From Chiloscyllium plagiosum (lineage: Eukaryota), in the NCBI RefSeq assembly GCF_004010195.1, contig NC_057719.1, positions 81,400,840 to 81,464,839 on the forward strand: 64,000 nt of DNA, given 5' to 3'. Under the pieces are notes generated by a model. The model saw only the letters and a list, made by a program, of their open reading frames with translations. It searched no databases and was not told the DNA's origin. Positions 38,151 through 51,277 of this stretch are shown here, piece by piece; positions within the stretch are counted from its first letter, which is position 1, and the number at the start of each line of letters is the position of its first letter. The translations under genes were made by a program, and so were the position numbers.

Positions 38151-39355
38151 GTGTGGTCTATTGAGTCTTCTGGAAGCCAGATGGTGTATGGAGCCACTTG
38201 TACCATTAGATGGGGCATGTCAGGAGAAACTGCCCCACCCAGAAGGCTGCTCAGCCTACACCAGCAGCTATGGGTGGCACCGCCATTCCCACTCCCACTC
38301 TCCCTCCCCCAAGACCATAACAAAGACTCCATCAGTGGGTTCTAAGCCAGGAGTTACAAATGTCTCTGCCTCTGCCAGGGAGTGGGGCAAGCATCCGGTC
38401 AGACAGAATGTAAGAGGGAGCCCACAAAGCCCACATCCATGGATGGAACCCCATGTCCCTCCTCTGGTTTGGACCCCTGTCCTGCCCCACCCTGGCACGA
38501 AAATGTCCTGGCCACGCCTGCATGGTCTCAGTGCGGGAACCCTGACCCCAGCCCTCCGAAGCCGTGCCTGAACCCCACCCTGTTGCAGTGACCCCTGGGG
38601 CCTCTGTGCTTGACTCTCGTCCTGTGACACCTAACCCTGGGATCCCAGGGGTGCACTGAGGAGATTACCACCAGTGACCCTGAAGGTGGAGTCACTGGGG
38701 GTTTGAGGCCAGATGGTGGTGTCAGACCATCCTCCTACACTCATGGTGGGGAAGGGGCTGGTGACAGAGGATAACTGCGCAAAGGAGAGTTTGCACTTAA
38801 TAGTGGGCACTGGAGACGTCACGGAGTCTATCTCCAGTGATGTTTTTGACTCCCAGGTGCCCCCACTGAGCTCACCCTCATCCACCTCCGGGAATTTGTC
38901 GAGGAAAATCACTGTTGCCGAGATAGAGCCCAGCTGACTCTCTACTACTGGAGCTCCTCTTAAGCAAGTCTTACTGGTTTGCCCAGGCTGCTCGCCAAGT
39001 ACCTGGGCTGGATACAATGAGTGAAAGCAGATCAGGAACTTCCTTGGTGCACACCTGGTGAGGGCTTTCTATGCTCCTCATCCTCCCAGTAAATATATAC
39101 AGTTTTGATTGTATTGGTGGTGGTTGCATAAATACCACTGATATGAAGACTACCATAACCAGCCTGAACATCAATGGCAGCAGGGAGTCACAGCACAGAT
39201 TCCGGAACTTCTCGGTCCTTTGGGACTTCCTGCAAGAATCCCACACTACCCTGGGAGACTAAACCACCTAGCTCCTGGGGGGCAACGGGGGAGGGGGGGA
39301 GAAATGTGAGGTGGCTACATGAGTCTCCTCATCTGCAAATCTGGCAGGGTGGCTA

Positions 39356-39580
39356 TCTCCCCGTGTCTGCGTGGGTTTCCTCCGGGTGCTCCGATTTCCT
39401 CCCACCATCCAAAGATGTGCAGGGTCAGGTGAATTGGCCATACTAAATTGCCTGTAGTGTTAGGTAAGGGGTAAATGTAGGGGTATGGGTGGGTTTCGCT
39501 TCGGCGGGTCGGTGTGGACTTGTTGGGCCGAAGGGCCTGTTTCCACACTGTAATCTAATCTAATCTAATGTAAATCTAAA
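39356..39580 (+). mobile_element. 5'-truncated HE1 SINE inserted in the Tx1 endonuclease
   Basis: V-domain plus (TAATC)n tail; splits the motif GRVAI/LLAPHF. Confidence 0.88.
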
Positions 39581-42500
39581 ACTTCTTGGCCCCACATTTT
39601 TAGCCAGAGATCTTGGGGGTCAGGGAGCCTATGCCAGGCCGTTTGCTTCACCTGACGATGCAGCTATGGGGCTGGGTGCTTCACTTTGAATGTTTATGCT
39701 CCTATGGTCAGACCAGGGGGTGGGGGAGAAGATGGGGCACATTGTGTGAAGAGAAGAAGGCCGTGCTCTGAAACCTGCAGCCCGGGTCCCAGGGCACATA
39801 AGTGAGGTCGCGGATCCAGCTCCTCCAGGACCTGGACTGTGGCTCTCCCTTCTTCTCGCTGGGGAAAAAAAAAGGCATGGCACCTATCAGCAGCTCCTTG
39901 TGCTGCTGGCCAATGACCGCTCCCTCATCTCTGATCTGAAGGTTATCAGGGCCCAACTTCACTCCGCTTACGCGGCTCTGTTCTCTCTGCGGTCATCCAA
40001 CGAGGATGCTCAGTTCTGTGGGAGGACCTGCTGTAGCTCTGCTCGGAGGAGACCGGAAGGCTCGATGCTCTCTTCACTTTTTAGGAGTTGATTGGCGCTC
40101 TCAATGAGCAGGTCCCTGGGACTGGACAAGCTGACTGTGGAGTTCTTCAAGCCATTCTGGGACCTCCTAAGGAGTGACTATGCACAAGTTCAGGGGAGTG
40201 TTTTAATGCCAGAGAGCTGCCTCTTTCTTAGTGCAGGGCGGTCATCGTCCTGCAGCTGAATAAGGGGGACCTTCGTTCTCTAAAGAACAGGCGTCCGGTC
40301 TCCCTCCTCGACACGGACTACAGAATTTCACCAGGGTGTTGGCTTAATACCTAGCTTCCATGCTTGCCTGCATGATTCACCCAGACCAGTCCCGGGCCAG
40401 AAGATACATGATAGCGTCCATCTGGTCCAGACCTGATCCATTTCTGTCGACTGGTTGGTCTGTCGAGCACCTTCCTATCTCTTGATCAGGAGAACGTGTT
40501 CGACAAGATCAGTCACAAGTATCTGCTCGGGACTCTGCAGGAATTCGGGTTCGGGACGTAGTTCGTCATTCAGATCTGACTTTTTTTGTACACTGCTGCA
40601 AAGCGCCCCTTCACTTTGAGAGGAGTATGTCAAAACTGCCCACTGTCCATCCAGCTGTATTATTTGTGCGTGGAGCCTTTCCTGTGCCTCTTGTGGAGGG
40701 GATTGTTGGGACTGGTTCAGTGCGACATAGGACAATGTACTCCTCGCTTTCGTGGACCTGGGGAGGATGAGTGAGTGCCAGGGGGTGTACCCTGTGGCGT
40801 CTTCCACCAGGATCTACTGGGACAACTATTTGGAACTACTGTCCGGTCCATGGCGGTGGACTCTCTCTGGAGGAGTAATGGGGTTCAGCTGGGGTACCAA
40901 CCATCTCCTCTATCTGAGGGTCTACCTCAACCTGGCTGAGGAATCCTGGCTGGCCAATTGGCAGGGGCTGGAGGCCAAAGTCTCAGCTCACCTAAGCCGC
41001 TGGACAGGACTGTCCAAGTGCTGTCATACAGGAGTTGAGTGCTAGTCAAAAACCAGATGATGGCTGCCATGCTGTGGTATCGGCTGGTGCATTTGGTCCC
41101 TCTTCCTGGTTTTGTTGCTGACATCTAGAGAACGTTGGTTCACTTATTCTGGGACAAAAAGATGCACTGGGTCATCACTGAGTCTTGCTATTGGGAAGGG
41201 TGGTCAGTCATTGGTGTGCTTCTGCACCCAGGTGGCGACCTTCCGCCTTCAGACCTTGCAGTGATACCTTTTTACGTTGAGCCTCCTAGGTGGTGTAGCT
41301 TTTTTTTTCTGTCGGCTGTGTGCTCTGAACTACAACGCACAGCTCCTGTTTATCGGCTGTTTTGGATGTTGCCAGGACCTGTAGTAGCTGTTGACAGGGA
41401 GCCATTGCTCCGGAATCTGCACCCATGTATTCATGGCCTCGAGTGGCTGTCAGAGGGGGGGATGGCTGCGGCGGCAAGGATGACCAGGCTGGGCTCTGCC
41501 GCAGGAGATAGCAAGCAGGGCAGAAGTAGATATCCGGTTTGTTGCGTCTGCTATTCAGTGCCTTAGTTTTAAGGTGCTTGGACCTGGCATCGTGCACCAG
41601 TTGGAGGATGTTCAGGTGTGCGGTGGAATTCCATCTGCGCGCATCCCTGCCGGGATAGAATATTACATTAGGCTCCCGTGGGAAGCATGGGATCTTGGGG
41701 CCATGCCCTACAACCTGAGCCGCCTCCGGAATTTTAGTTTCATCCCCTTCAGGGACACAAAATGGCAAGCCCTGTATCAGTTGCTGCTGCACACCATTCA
41801 CCTGTTGTCCCTCAACCAAGTGAGAGTCCTCCCCCTTTCTCTCTGGCATCTGGAGTGGAGGGTGTTGCACGCGGCAGTCCCCTGCAACTGCAGATTGTGG
41901 TGGTTCACTGACTCCCCATCCAACTGCTTGTGCTGTGGAATCCATGGAAACGTGTATATATTGGGTGTGGGCATTTGCACTAACTAACTTTAGTTTTCTG
42001 AAAATCCTTCTCTGCTTTTAGTTGCACTTCAACCCCACGCCCCTGATTTTCAGGCTCCTGGTGCGGAGTGTCTGATCCTGGACCTGGCCAAACTGGTCAT
42101 AAATAGGTCCAGGCAGCAGGCCGTGGATGGGGTTGTTTATAGCTGATTGCCTGCTCCTCTTCCATGGTTACATCGATGCTCTGGTGTCCTTTTCTATGAC
42201 TGTGTGTAAATCAGCCAGCTATGTGCTTACAGGTGTAATTCAGTTCTCTCATTTCACTAGCTGGTTGCAGCCTGTGTTACTCTTTCCTTTGAGAAAAGGA
42301 CTGTGCTGATTTTTGTGGCCAAGTTTAGCCCTTACATTCTGATTTTCTTTCTTTGCATGTGAGATAATGCACCTTTCCAGATTAACTGTTTCTCTGTGGG
42401 TAGGCCTGGCCCGCTTGGGGGGGAACTAGGCCTCTGAACTATGCGTGCGTGTGTGTGCATGCGCTGGGAGGTGAACATTTGATGCAGCCTGGAGTGGACC

Positions 42501-43465
42501 CTGCTAATTGGAGTGTACCATCCCCTGTGAGTTAACTGCATCTTTTACAATGAACTGTACTCCTGTGAGTGGGTCTGGTTCTCTGTGGATAGACCAGGCC
42601 TCTATGGAGCCTGAACATGTGTCTGTATTGTGGGGTGTGCATTTACTGCCTTCAGGAGTGAACTCTGCATATCAGCATGGTCTCTGCCTTTGGTTGTGGA
42701 CTCTATATCTCTGATAATGCATTTTGCATGCTAGAGTGGGCTCTGTGTTCCTGGCAATGGTTTCTGCATTCGGAAAAGAACTGTTTATGGTAATAGTCTC
42801 TGTATACCAGAAAGAACTCTGTTGCCAATTTGACTCTGACTTTCACTTGTTGGGTTTATCATGTGCACTGTCTTGTGTGTCCCTGGGTCTGGCAGGCCTT
42901 ACTGTGGGCTGGGAGGCTCATGGGTCAACCCAAAAGCTGTCCCCCTGAGAGCCGGAGGGTGGGTAGGCCGTCCTGTGAACTGGAAGGTGGGTAGGCCGTT
43001 CTGAGCGCTGTCATCCTGAGCAGGAGTAATCGGGATGGGTTGTCCTAGAGATGGCCGGAAGGTGTGTCAGCGGCTGAGAGCCAGAAGGCGCATAGGAGCA
43101 GGTTGAGATCCAGAAGGCTTGTGAGCTCCCCTATATGCGCCATCGTCCCAAGGAAGGGGACTGGTTATTCGAGACGTGGCCTGGATGTCTGTCAGGGTAC
43201 TCCACAGGCCGGATGGCACGTCTGGGTGGGTGGGAGCCAAATGATATGTAGGGGTAGACCAAGAGCTGGGAGGCAGGCCGTTCTCAGCACTGTCTCCCCG
43301 GGCAGGTACTGGGACGGGCTGTCCTAGAGGTGGTCGGAAGGGCAGTTAGGGAAGCCGGAAGGTGGCTGGGCCGTCCTGATTTGCAGTCGTCCTGTGAGGG
43401 GTGGAGAAACAGGACAGGCTGTCCTAGAGGTGGCCGGAAGGTGCATCAGGGCAGACCTAGAGCCA

Positions 43466-43585
43466 GGAGAATGTGAAGACTGCAGATGCTGGAGATCAGT
43501 TGTGTGCGCCACTGGGAAAGCATAGCGGGTCAGGCAGCATCCAAGGAGTAGGAGAATCGACGTTTTGGGCATAAGCCCTTCATCG
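43466..43585 (-). mobile_element. Penelope pLTR fragment
   Basis: Same family as 33764-33900; flanked by TAGAGCCAG on both sides. Confidence 0.8.
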
Positions 43586-45752
43586 GGATGTAGAGCCAGA
43601 AGGGGTGGAGGAGTGAGTTGCCTTTGAGTAGCCAGATGGTGGGAGGGACAAGTGGGTTGCCAGGGGTGTCTGATATGTGCACTGTTTTATTTGGTTTATT
43701 GGACTGCCTATATGTGATTGTGTGACTAGGCAGAGGACTTTCACCTATATGTGATTGTTTACTGTTTCCTTTTTTGATATGAGGTGGGATTTGAAGTTCG
43801 TCCTCTTTTCCCTGTGAACTAGTAGCACAATCTGGCTTTGCTGCCCATTTCCCCTGTAAATTGCTGTTTCTTGTAAACTGCTGTCTATTGTTAACTGTTT
43901 GTAATTTGTACTGGTTAATAACTTTTTTTAAAAAAAAAGAACAGGAGTGTCAGGCATCCTGTTCACTGAGGGAGCTGGATCAGTGTCAAGGACTCTCTAC
44001 GTGTAAATAGTGGGTGACTTGGTGTAGCTATTCAGGCATCTGTAGAGTATTTATCAGAGAAAAATGGAAGCATTTGCTACTTCTAGACATCTGGGTGAAA
44101 AAACAAGCATTTACTCATGGTACATGCTGTCCAAGAGCTCCATCTGGTGTTTGTGGCTAGAAGTTAACTTGATCTATTTGGATTTCCACGAAGACTGAAA
44201 TTGTAACTCTTTCTCACCCAGTTGTTTGCACCTATTACACTTCTAAATCTTCCCAGCACTGATGAAAAGTCATTAACCTAAAATGTTGGCCAAATATAAT
44301 GTGAGCCAAGAAACTGAAGAACTGGTGTGAACCCCATGCCATTTACCACAGATTCAATCAAATGCATATCTGGAATAGTATGAGGCTTTCCATACAATCA
44401 AGCCCACAGAATAGGAGAAATTTCATGTCCAACAACTGCAAGTCAGTCAAAGACTAGCAGTTCTCCAGTTATAGTTCACTGATGGGCAGTAGTGACCACT
44501 GCCAATTATATCTTGGGGATCATCGCTGGAGCTTCTGGTAGAGGGGAGTGGCGGCAGGATGTTGAGGGGTAAATGGGTGAATGCAAGGATGTTGTGAAAA
44601 GGTTTAAGCAACCTTTCCCTGCCCTATGCCAGGTCTTTAAGATACAGCAGCAGACAGCCTGAGAACAAAGAGCCCTTTTGATTAGGCTGAAGAAAACCTG
44701 ACAGAATTTGATAGCAGTCTCCCTGCTAGTTGAATCCCTGCTACTTAAGGGTCTAAATTGGCTTGCACATGGATAAGCGGCCTCTATCCTTCCTGCTTGG
44801 AGTTTGATCAAGGGGAGATAGGAAGGTACCTCAGACCTCAGCACTTATTCTCTGGCACAACAAATGCCTCTCTTGACATGAGCACTAATTTCCAAAAATT
44901 ATCTGTGTTCCTCTTTCTAAAAATGCTGCCAGATATGCAGAACATTTCCATCATTTTCTGCTTTTTACTTATTGCAGTCACTGAATACTGTTCTTGGTCT
45001 CATTATGCTATGAAGGAATATTTATAGAGTCTGTGGCATTACGTCAATATCTGTGATGTATACGGTCTTATTAGCATACCACATGGACAGACTTGACCTT
45101 TTGTAATACTCACAGGATTTTTGAGTTTTGAGATGTGCATTTAAAATGGGACCAAAAGTATACAAAGTAATGCATGACATATTCAATACAATATCAATAG
45201 AGGAAAGAGAATTAAATATTGATGGAGAGATAAGCAGACACATACCTTTGCAGATGATGTTGTACAAATTATTTAATTTGTTAAACATGGAAAGTACAAG
45301 TAAATACCCTTAGAAGTATATAAAGGCATCAGACTGTAAATGCAGAAAGGAAAAACAATATTTGGCATTTAAGACTGAAGATACTATACAAATTAAAGTG
45401 CGAAATAGAACAAGTAACTAGAAATTTCTGGACCAAAGCAAGTTTATAGTGTAAATGAAAATATACTGAGTAGGATCAGAGCTGTATGATGTTGCTTTGA
45501 GGTAGAAAGTAATTCTGTAATAAGAGAACAGCACTGCCAGTCAGGAGGAGGATGTGTGATTACTGTCCGACTGACTGAAATATGGTGTGGAATCATGGAC
45601 AACTGCAAAATACTGTGTATAAAATTTGTACACAGTTCTGAAAGCAGTGGTAAGTCGGATGTTACACATCAGTTTGGGATAAAATTAGCTACAATGAAAT
45701 ATGCCATAAAACTGGGATTAGGGACTGGTGTCATTTATTTGGTTTACTAGAA

Positions 45753-46080
45753 CAGTGGTTCGGATTGCTGCCCCTCAGCACCAGGGATCCGGGTTCAACT
45801 CCACCCTTGGATGACTATATGTGTGGAGTTTGCACGTGCTCCCAGTGTCTGCATGAGTTTCCACTGGGTGCTCTGGTTTCCTCTCACAGTTCAAAAATGT
45901 GCAGTTTCGGTGGAGTAGCCATGCTAAATTGTCCATAGAGTTCAGGGTTGTGCATGGGGAAATGCTCAGTTACAGGAATAGGGTAAGAGGGAGTGAGCCT
46001 AGATGGGATGCCCTTCATAGGGTCAGTGTGGACTCGAAGGACTAAATGACCTACTTCCACACTGTAGGGGTTCTATGATC
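45753..46080 (+). mobile_element. HE1-type V-SINE (diverged)
   Basis: CAGTGGTT..GGGTTCAACTCC head, V-domain, CCACACTGTAGGG tail. Confidence 0.85.
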
Positions 46081-46719
46081 CTCGATGTTCATCCACAGAT
46101 AGATGAGTTGTTCTTGAGTCAGATATGAGGTTTATTTACAATCCTAAATACAAAGTTATAATGTCAGAGATCTGTATACTATCTAGATTGTTTGCTTGCT
46201 AATGTTATTGTATGTTACACGTGTAATAGGGTCAGTCAATTATGTAAGTGTAGTAATTGATGATGGAGAACACATGTTTTTATGTTGTGTAACTATCTTC
46301 AAGGTACAGGCCTGCCTGGTCTGGAATCTGTACCATAATACAAAAAGGGCATCTTTCAGAATGTAAAACAAACCAAATGGAGATGGTCTGGCATGTTTCT
46401 TTATATTAGGTGGACAAAAAGGTGAATGGATTGGCATTCAAGAACAAGAAAGAAGAAGGCGGAGGCAAAGAGATGGCATAACGTCATAGGACCCTGTGGG
46501 TGGGAACAAGGAATAGAGATGTGAGAAGGCCAACACTCTACACAATGAATAAAATGATGAAACAGAGTGATTAAGTAGCAGGATCCAGTTCTTTGCAGAA
46601 CCATAGAGATCAGTAAGGCACAGATTTTCACTGAGCTACTTAATCAGCTAGGCAGCGCTCTACTTTCAGGAATGGAACATCAGCCAGCTCTTCTCTTTCC
46701 TATCCCTCTTCTATCTGGT

Positions 46720-48000
46720 CCTTTTAAAGTTGAAGCCTATAGAATTGAAGGGAAGTTATTTAGCCTGGGTAGGAAAGTAGCTGAAAAGTAAGAGTTGGAA
46801 TAATGTGCATTTTCTCCAATTGGCAGGATGTGACTAGTGTCCCAGTGTATTTAATAATGAGACCGATGATAGGATTCATATTTTCAGATGTCACAAATAT
46901 AAATGGCACTGTAAGCAGTGTGGATAGAATCAGATATTAACAGATTTAGTAAATGAGCAAAGCTGTGATGAATTAAATGTAGGCTAATCTGAGGTTATCT
47001 ACTTTCTATGTGCAAAGTTCTTTGACTTATTCTTTATAAGTGATGTAAAGCTCGACATTAAGGTGTTACAAAACGTCCAGACACACAGATCATGAACAGG
47101 TACAGAAACTAATCAAAAGGCTAATGTAATATTGTCCTTTTTATATCTAAAGAACTAGAATATGAGTGGATAGAAGTTACACTTCAGCTGTACAAAATAC
47201 AGATTACACCATACCTGGAGCAAACAATCCTGGGCAGCATATCTTAAGGATTGATTAGCCTTGGGGGAAAAAGTGTAGGTTTGTCAGAATGATACCTGGA
47301 CTACAAGGAGAAATGAAACAAACTAGAATTGCAAATGTGGAATTTAGAAGTTTAGATTAGATTAGATTAGATTAGATTAGATTACTTACAGTGTGGAAAC
47401 AGGCCCTTTGGCCCAACAAGTCCACACCGACCCGCCGAAGCGCAACCCACCCATACCCCTACATTTACCCCTTTAACCTAACACTACTGGCAATTTAGCA
47501 TGGCCAATTCACCTGACCCGCACATTTTTTGGATTGTGGGAGGAAACCGGAGCACCCGGAGGAAACCCACGCAGACACGGGGAGAATGTGCAAACTCCAC
47601 ACAGTCAGTCGCCTGAGTCGGGAATTGAACCCGGGTCTCTGGCGCTGTGAGGCAGCAGTGCTAACCACTGTGCCACCGTGCCGCCCACGAAGTTTGAGGT
47701 GATTTGATCAAAGTAATTCAAGATATTGAGAAAAACAAATAAGATTGATAATGAAAAGTGATTTTTGTTGGATGAAGAAACCAGCATCGGGGACATTGTT
47801 TAAAAATTGTTTCAGGTTTGAAACTAGAAAACACTTCTACAAACAAAAGGTGGTAGAAATTTAGAACGTTTTTCTTGAAAAGGCGATAAGTGCTTGATCA
47901 ATTGCAAAGGTTAATTCTGAGTTTGACCGATTTAGGTTAAGCAAAGATATTAAGAGACATGAGGCATAGGTAGGTTGTGAACTTAGGTTGCATACCAGCC
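46720..48000 (+). mobile_element. Old CR1 RT/3' fragment with nested antisense full-length HE1 SINE (47352-47686)
   Basis: SINE has (ATTAG)n tail and intact tRNA head; GAAGTTT duplicated at its junctions. Confidence 0.8.
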
Positions 48001-49329
48001 ATAAGCCCATTCCTAATTGTGCTCTGCTGATAGAGTGTGTGAAGAGATAATTGTTTTGTTTCAGATTATACTCAAAATAGCCATGGTAAACAAAAATAGC
48101 TATAGGTATTTATACGTAATACCAGCAGAGAGCAACAAGACCTCATTGATGCATTTAGCATTTACTGAAACATTACTTCGTCAATCCTCATTCCATTCTT
48201 TTTGATCCTTCTTGTGCTATCCCTTACCCAATGCATTCCTTTCACCCCTTCATGTTAGTTCAGGCCCATCTCCCATTCTCCATTCTGTTCCTCACATGTC
48301 ACTGCATTGCCTATTTAATACCCCCACCTCCCAAAGGACTTTTGGACGAGGGTGGACCAATGTAACTGGGTGGAAATGTGCAGGGCAGAAATCCCACCAT
48401 CTTCCTGCGCCCCCGCCCCAAATTAAGTCTAAGGCAGGAAGGCCTACCAGCCACTTAAGGACCTCCACCCTAACTCTGCTAGTAAACAGCAAACCTCAGC
48501 CTTCCGGAAGAAATATCCGCTGCTAACTAGAGTTCTGAGCTTGCTATTGATCCCTTCCTTCCCTCAGCTGGGAGCCCTTCTCGCAGAAACGTACGCCCCA
48601 CTTATGTGTCTAAAGAGGATCTATTTCTGATCCTTAGTATAGGTCCTAGTGCAATACCAGTAATGCCCAATTCTGTCAGTGGCACAAATAATGCTGCAAA
48701 GATGATTCACCAGCAGCTATTGCAAGCAGGCTATCACATTACTGGGGCCTGAATACATTTGGAGGGCATTGTCTGGGTAACTGCCTGATTACTTCAGATT
48801 AGCTTTAGACCTCCAGTACAAAAGTGATTTGGAGCATCCACCAGCTTGCCAACCATTGCCACTTTACCCCGATTCAGTTGCTATGACTGCGTTTTGTCCA
48901 TTAACCCTGCATTATTACTTCATTCCCTTCCATGGAAAGAGGCAGCGAGAAGGAATATGTGGGGTAGCTTGAAGTTGGCTGGCTGTGAACCATGGAGTAA
49001 TGTCCCTACTTCTAAACAAGGAAGCCTGAGTTCAAGTACCATTTGTTCCAGAACTGTCGTAACATCTCTGCACAGGTTGACCAGAAAATATCTCTAAGTG
49101 CTTCCCAAACCTTTTCCCATGACCTCAGTTGAAGGATTGAAAGTTGTTGGGGCTCCAAGTCAGAACTGAGAGTTGACAGTGTGTTGCTCGAAAAGCACAG
49201 CAGGTCATCCGAGGAGCAGGAAGTCGACGTTTCGGGCCGGAGCCCTTCCAGAATTATGAGAGCAAGGTGAAGTTGACGGTACGGGAGGATTTTGGTTTGT
49301 GAACTATACAGATGTTGGCATCTGTGCCT

Positions 49330-49685
49330 GATTCTATTTCTGTCTCTTATGTACTCACTCGCACTCTTTCTTATTCAGTCATTTACACTCGAGTCATTCA
49401 CTATTTGTCAAAATACAAAATATTCACTTCCCCACACTCTTCTCTCTGACTCACTCACTTACGTGTCTCTTTCTCTCCTCTGCCACACAATAATTTACTC
49501 ACTCTTACACGCGCTCACTTTGTTTCACTTTCTCACATATACTCATTCTCTCTCACACTCGCACTATCTATCATACATTTATACTGACTCATATTCTGTC
49601 ACATATTCACACTTGCTCATACTCTCACTTCTAATACACTCACTCAGTTTCTATCTCACGTGCTTAACTTCTCTCGTTCATACTT
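49330..49685. repeat. Degenerate (CA/CT)-rich simple repeat
   Basis: Runs of CACTCACTC and CTCTCACAC. Confidence 0.75.
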
Positions 49686-51009
49686 TGTTTTCCAAGTGTT
49701 GCGCTATTAAATCGTTTACAGTTGATGCTAGCATCAAGGGAGGCAAGACTTTGAGGTCCAAGCACAAAGTCACACGCAGCCATTGATACTAGTTGAGAGC
49801 TGGGACATAGTCAGGCAGCCTCTTGAGGTAGTCAGATTCAGAATTCTATTTTCATCAGGGGTAACGAGCTGAATGTTTGACTGCCACCAGTTGTCTTGAC
49901 TCTTTGTGCTCTATTGTGGACTGTTTGCTCCTGAAATGAGAGAATGGGTGTATTAAGAAAGGTGAAAGTAGGTGGCTCAACTGTTAGTGCTGGTGCAGGT
50001 GGGAAAAAAGTAGCAAATTGTTCCAAGTAGATAAGTAGGCAGCACAGGGGCCTTGGTGGTGTGAGGTGAGGGAAAGCAAATGAGGCAAGATTTTTAGGTA
50101 ATAATGTGTGGTAGTGAATGAACTTAGTGTGAGGTGGGTGCCATATCAGGATTGAGGAGTGAGGTGGCAGAGACAGAGGACCCTTAACCTGGCAGAGGGT
50201 CAAAAATTATTGAAGAATCCATCCATCAGGACCTCCAGGTCCTCCTCTGCAAAGTGGGACATCAATTTCTGCTTATCTGATTCATCTGGGAAATATATCG
50301 TGGATCCTGTAGGGCAGTTCCTATAGCACTTGACCAGATGCACAATGGTGTTTTAAAGAAAGCACTGCCGTCATGGTTGATGGTCCAGACTTTCCCAGCA
50401 ATGGCATGTTCCACTGGGTATGACAGATGGTAGAATTGGGCTAACGTCGGACATGACTCTCAGTATGAGAGCGGGTAGGTAACTAATAAGGAGAATTTCA
50501 GATGATCTGGCAAGAAAACCCACAAGGCCTTGCAGAGAGAGACTCTCTGTGAAACTCCATGCTGTAAACACAGCCAAAAAAACTAAGATTCACCTCCATT
50601 GGCCAAACAAACCAAATAAGCTGTCAAGAGCCAGTTTGGAATGCCCTTTACAAGTGTGTGTTATTGACAGAGTTTTGAGAGTACTGAAAACAATTTAAAA
50701 TATTTTTCCAGTCTACAGATACATTCTGTTGTATTAATGTGGTGGAGGCTCCTTCAAAGACATGTTAATTACCCTTTCCTTTAAAAGATATTGGTGAATC
50801 ACACAATAATTATGACATCAGAGCATATAAACCCTTTCATACAGATTATGATATAATATGACTCAGCATTATACATGCTCAGTACAGCTATGCATAGCTA
50901 CACAAGCAATCTTGGTTAGTTTTGATAAGCTTCCTGACTAAATCCTCTAGGTTTTTTTTTGATTGCATGAACGTGCTAGAACTTCCAAACAAAGCTGATC
51001 TAAGTCGAA

Positions 51010-51055
51010 TAGCCAATTTTCATCGTTCAAAAATTATAATTCACATATAAAGCTG
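51010..51055 (+). promoter_or_regulatory. Candidate HIPK4 core promoter (CCAAT 51013-51017, TATAAA 51046-51051)
   Basis: Motif match only, ~230 bp upstream of the first ATG; no transcript evidence. Confidence 0.25.
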
Positions 51056-51277
51056 CAAGTTCTTCTGAAACGTTTCTTCAGAGTCTAAGTAGCAACATTA
51101 AGACAGACAAGAGTTAGAAGAATACAGCGCAGTACAGGCCCTTCGGCCCTCGATGGGCCGAAGATTGTTTCTTCACCATGCACGATCTGTTCAAGTCCTT
51201 GCAGCATCATCTCCATCTAAAGATCGACTGACCGCAAAGGTTGAGTTAGAGGTGATAAAGGAGAGAAAACATCAAAG

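Larger units (their letters stand above)
36566..43938 (+). mobile_element. Full-length but decayed Tx1-clade non-LTR retrotransposon
   Basis: ORF1 ~37150-39000: AIVAAARLYGKAVLFL..KGLTVDGTFLPIDPLE..RVEISNV, degenerate zinc knuckle GHVRRNCP. ORF2 from 39143: MKTTITSLNINGSR, NVYAP, SPGLDKLTVEFF, RPVSLLDTDY, LSLDQENVFD, RGVCQNCPLS, WRVLHAAVPCN. ~1.7-kb 3'UTR and A-tail. Confidence 0.88.
34125..44056 (+). mobile_element. Gypsy-family solo LTR split into a 5' part (34125-~34300) and a 3' part (43939-44056)
   Basis: TGTAGTG..CCAGGTGGACTTCATAGAAT..AATCTGGTCCAATCAGGGAG and ..GGGTGACTTGGTG..TATTTATCA align to the reverse complement of the LTRs at 58000-58200 and 61891-62090. Confidence 0.8.

Noticed and set aside
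47590..47686. tRNA gene (A/B boxes)
   Set aside because: It is the tRNA-derived head of an HE1-type SINE, as in the other copies.
49292..49786. 164-aa hydrophobic ORF
   Set aside because: Translation of a CA/CT-rich simple repeat.
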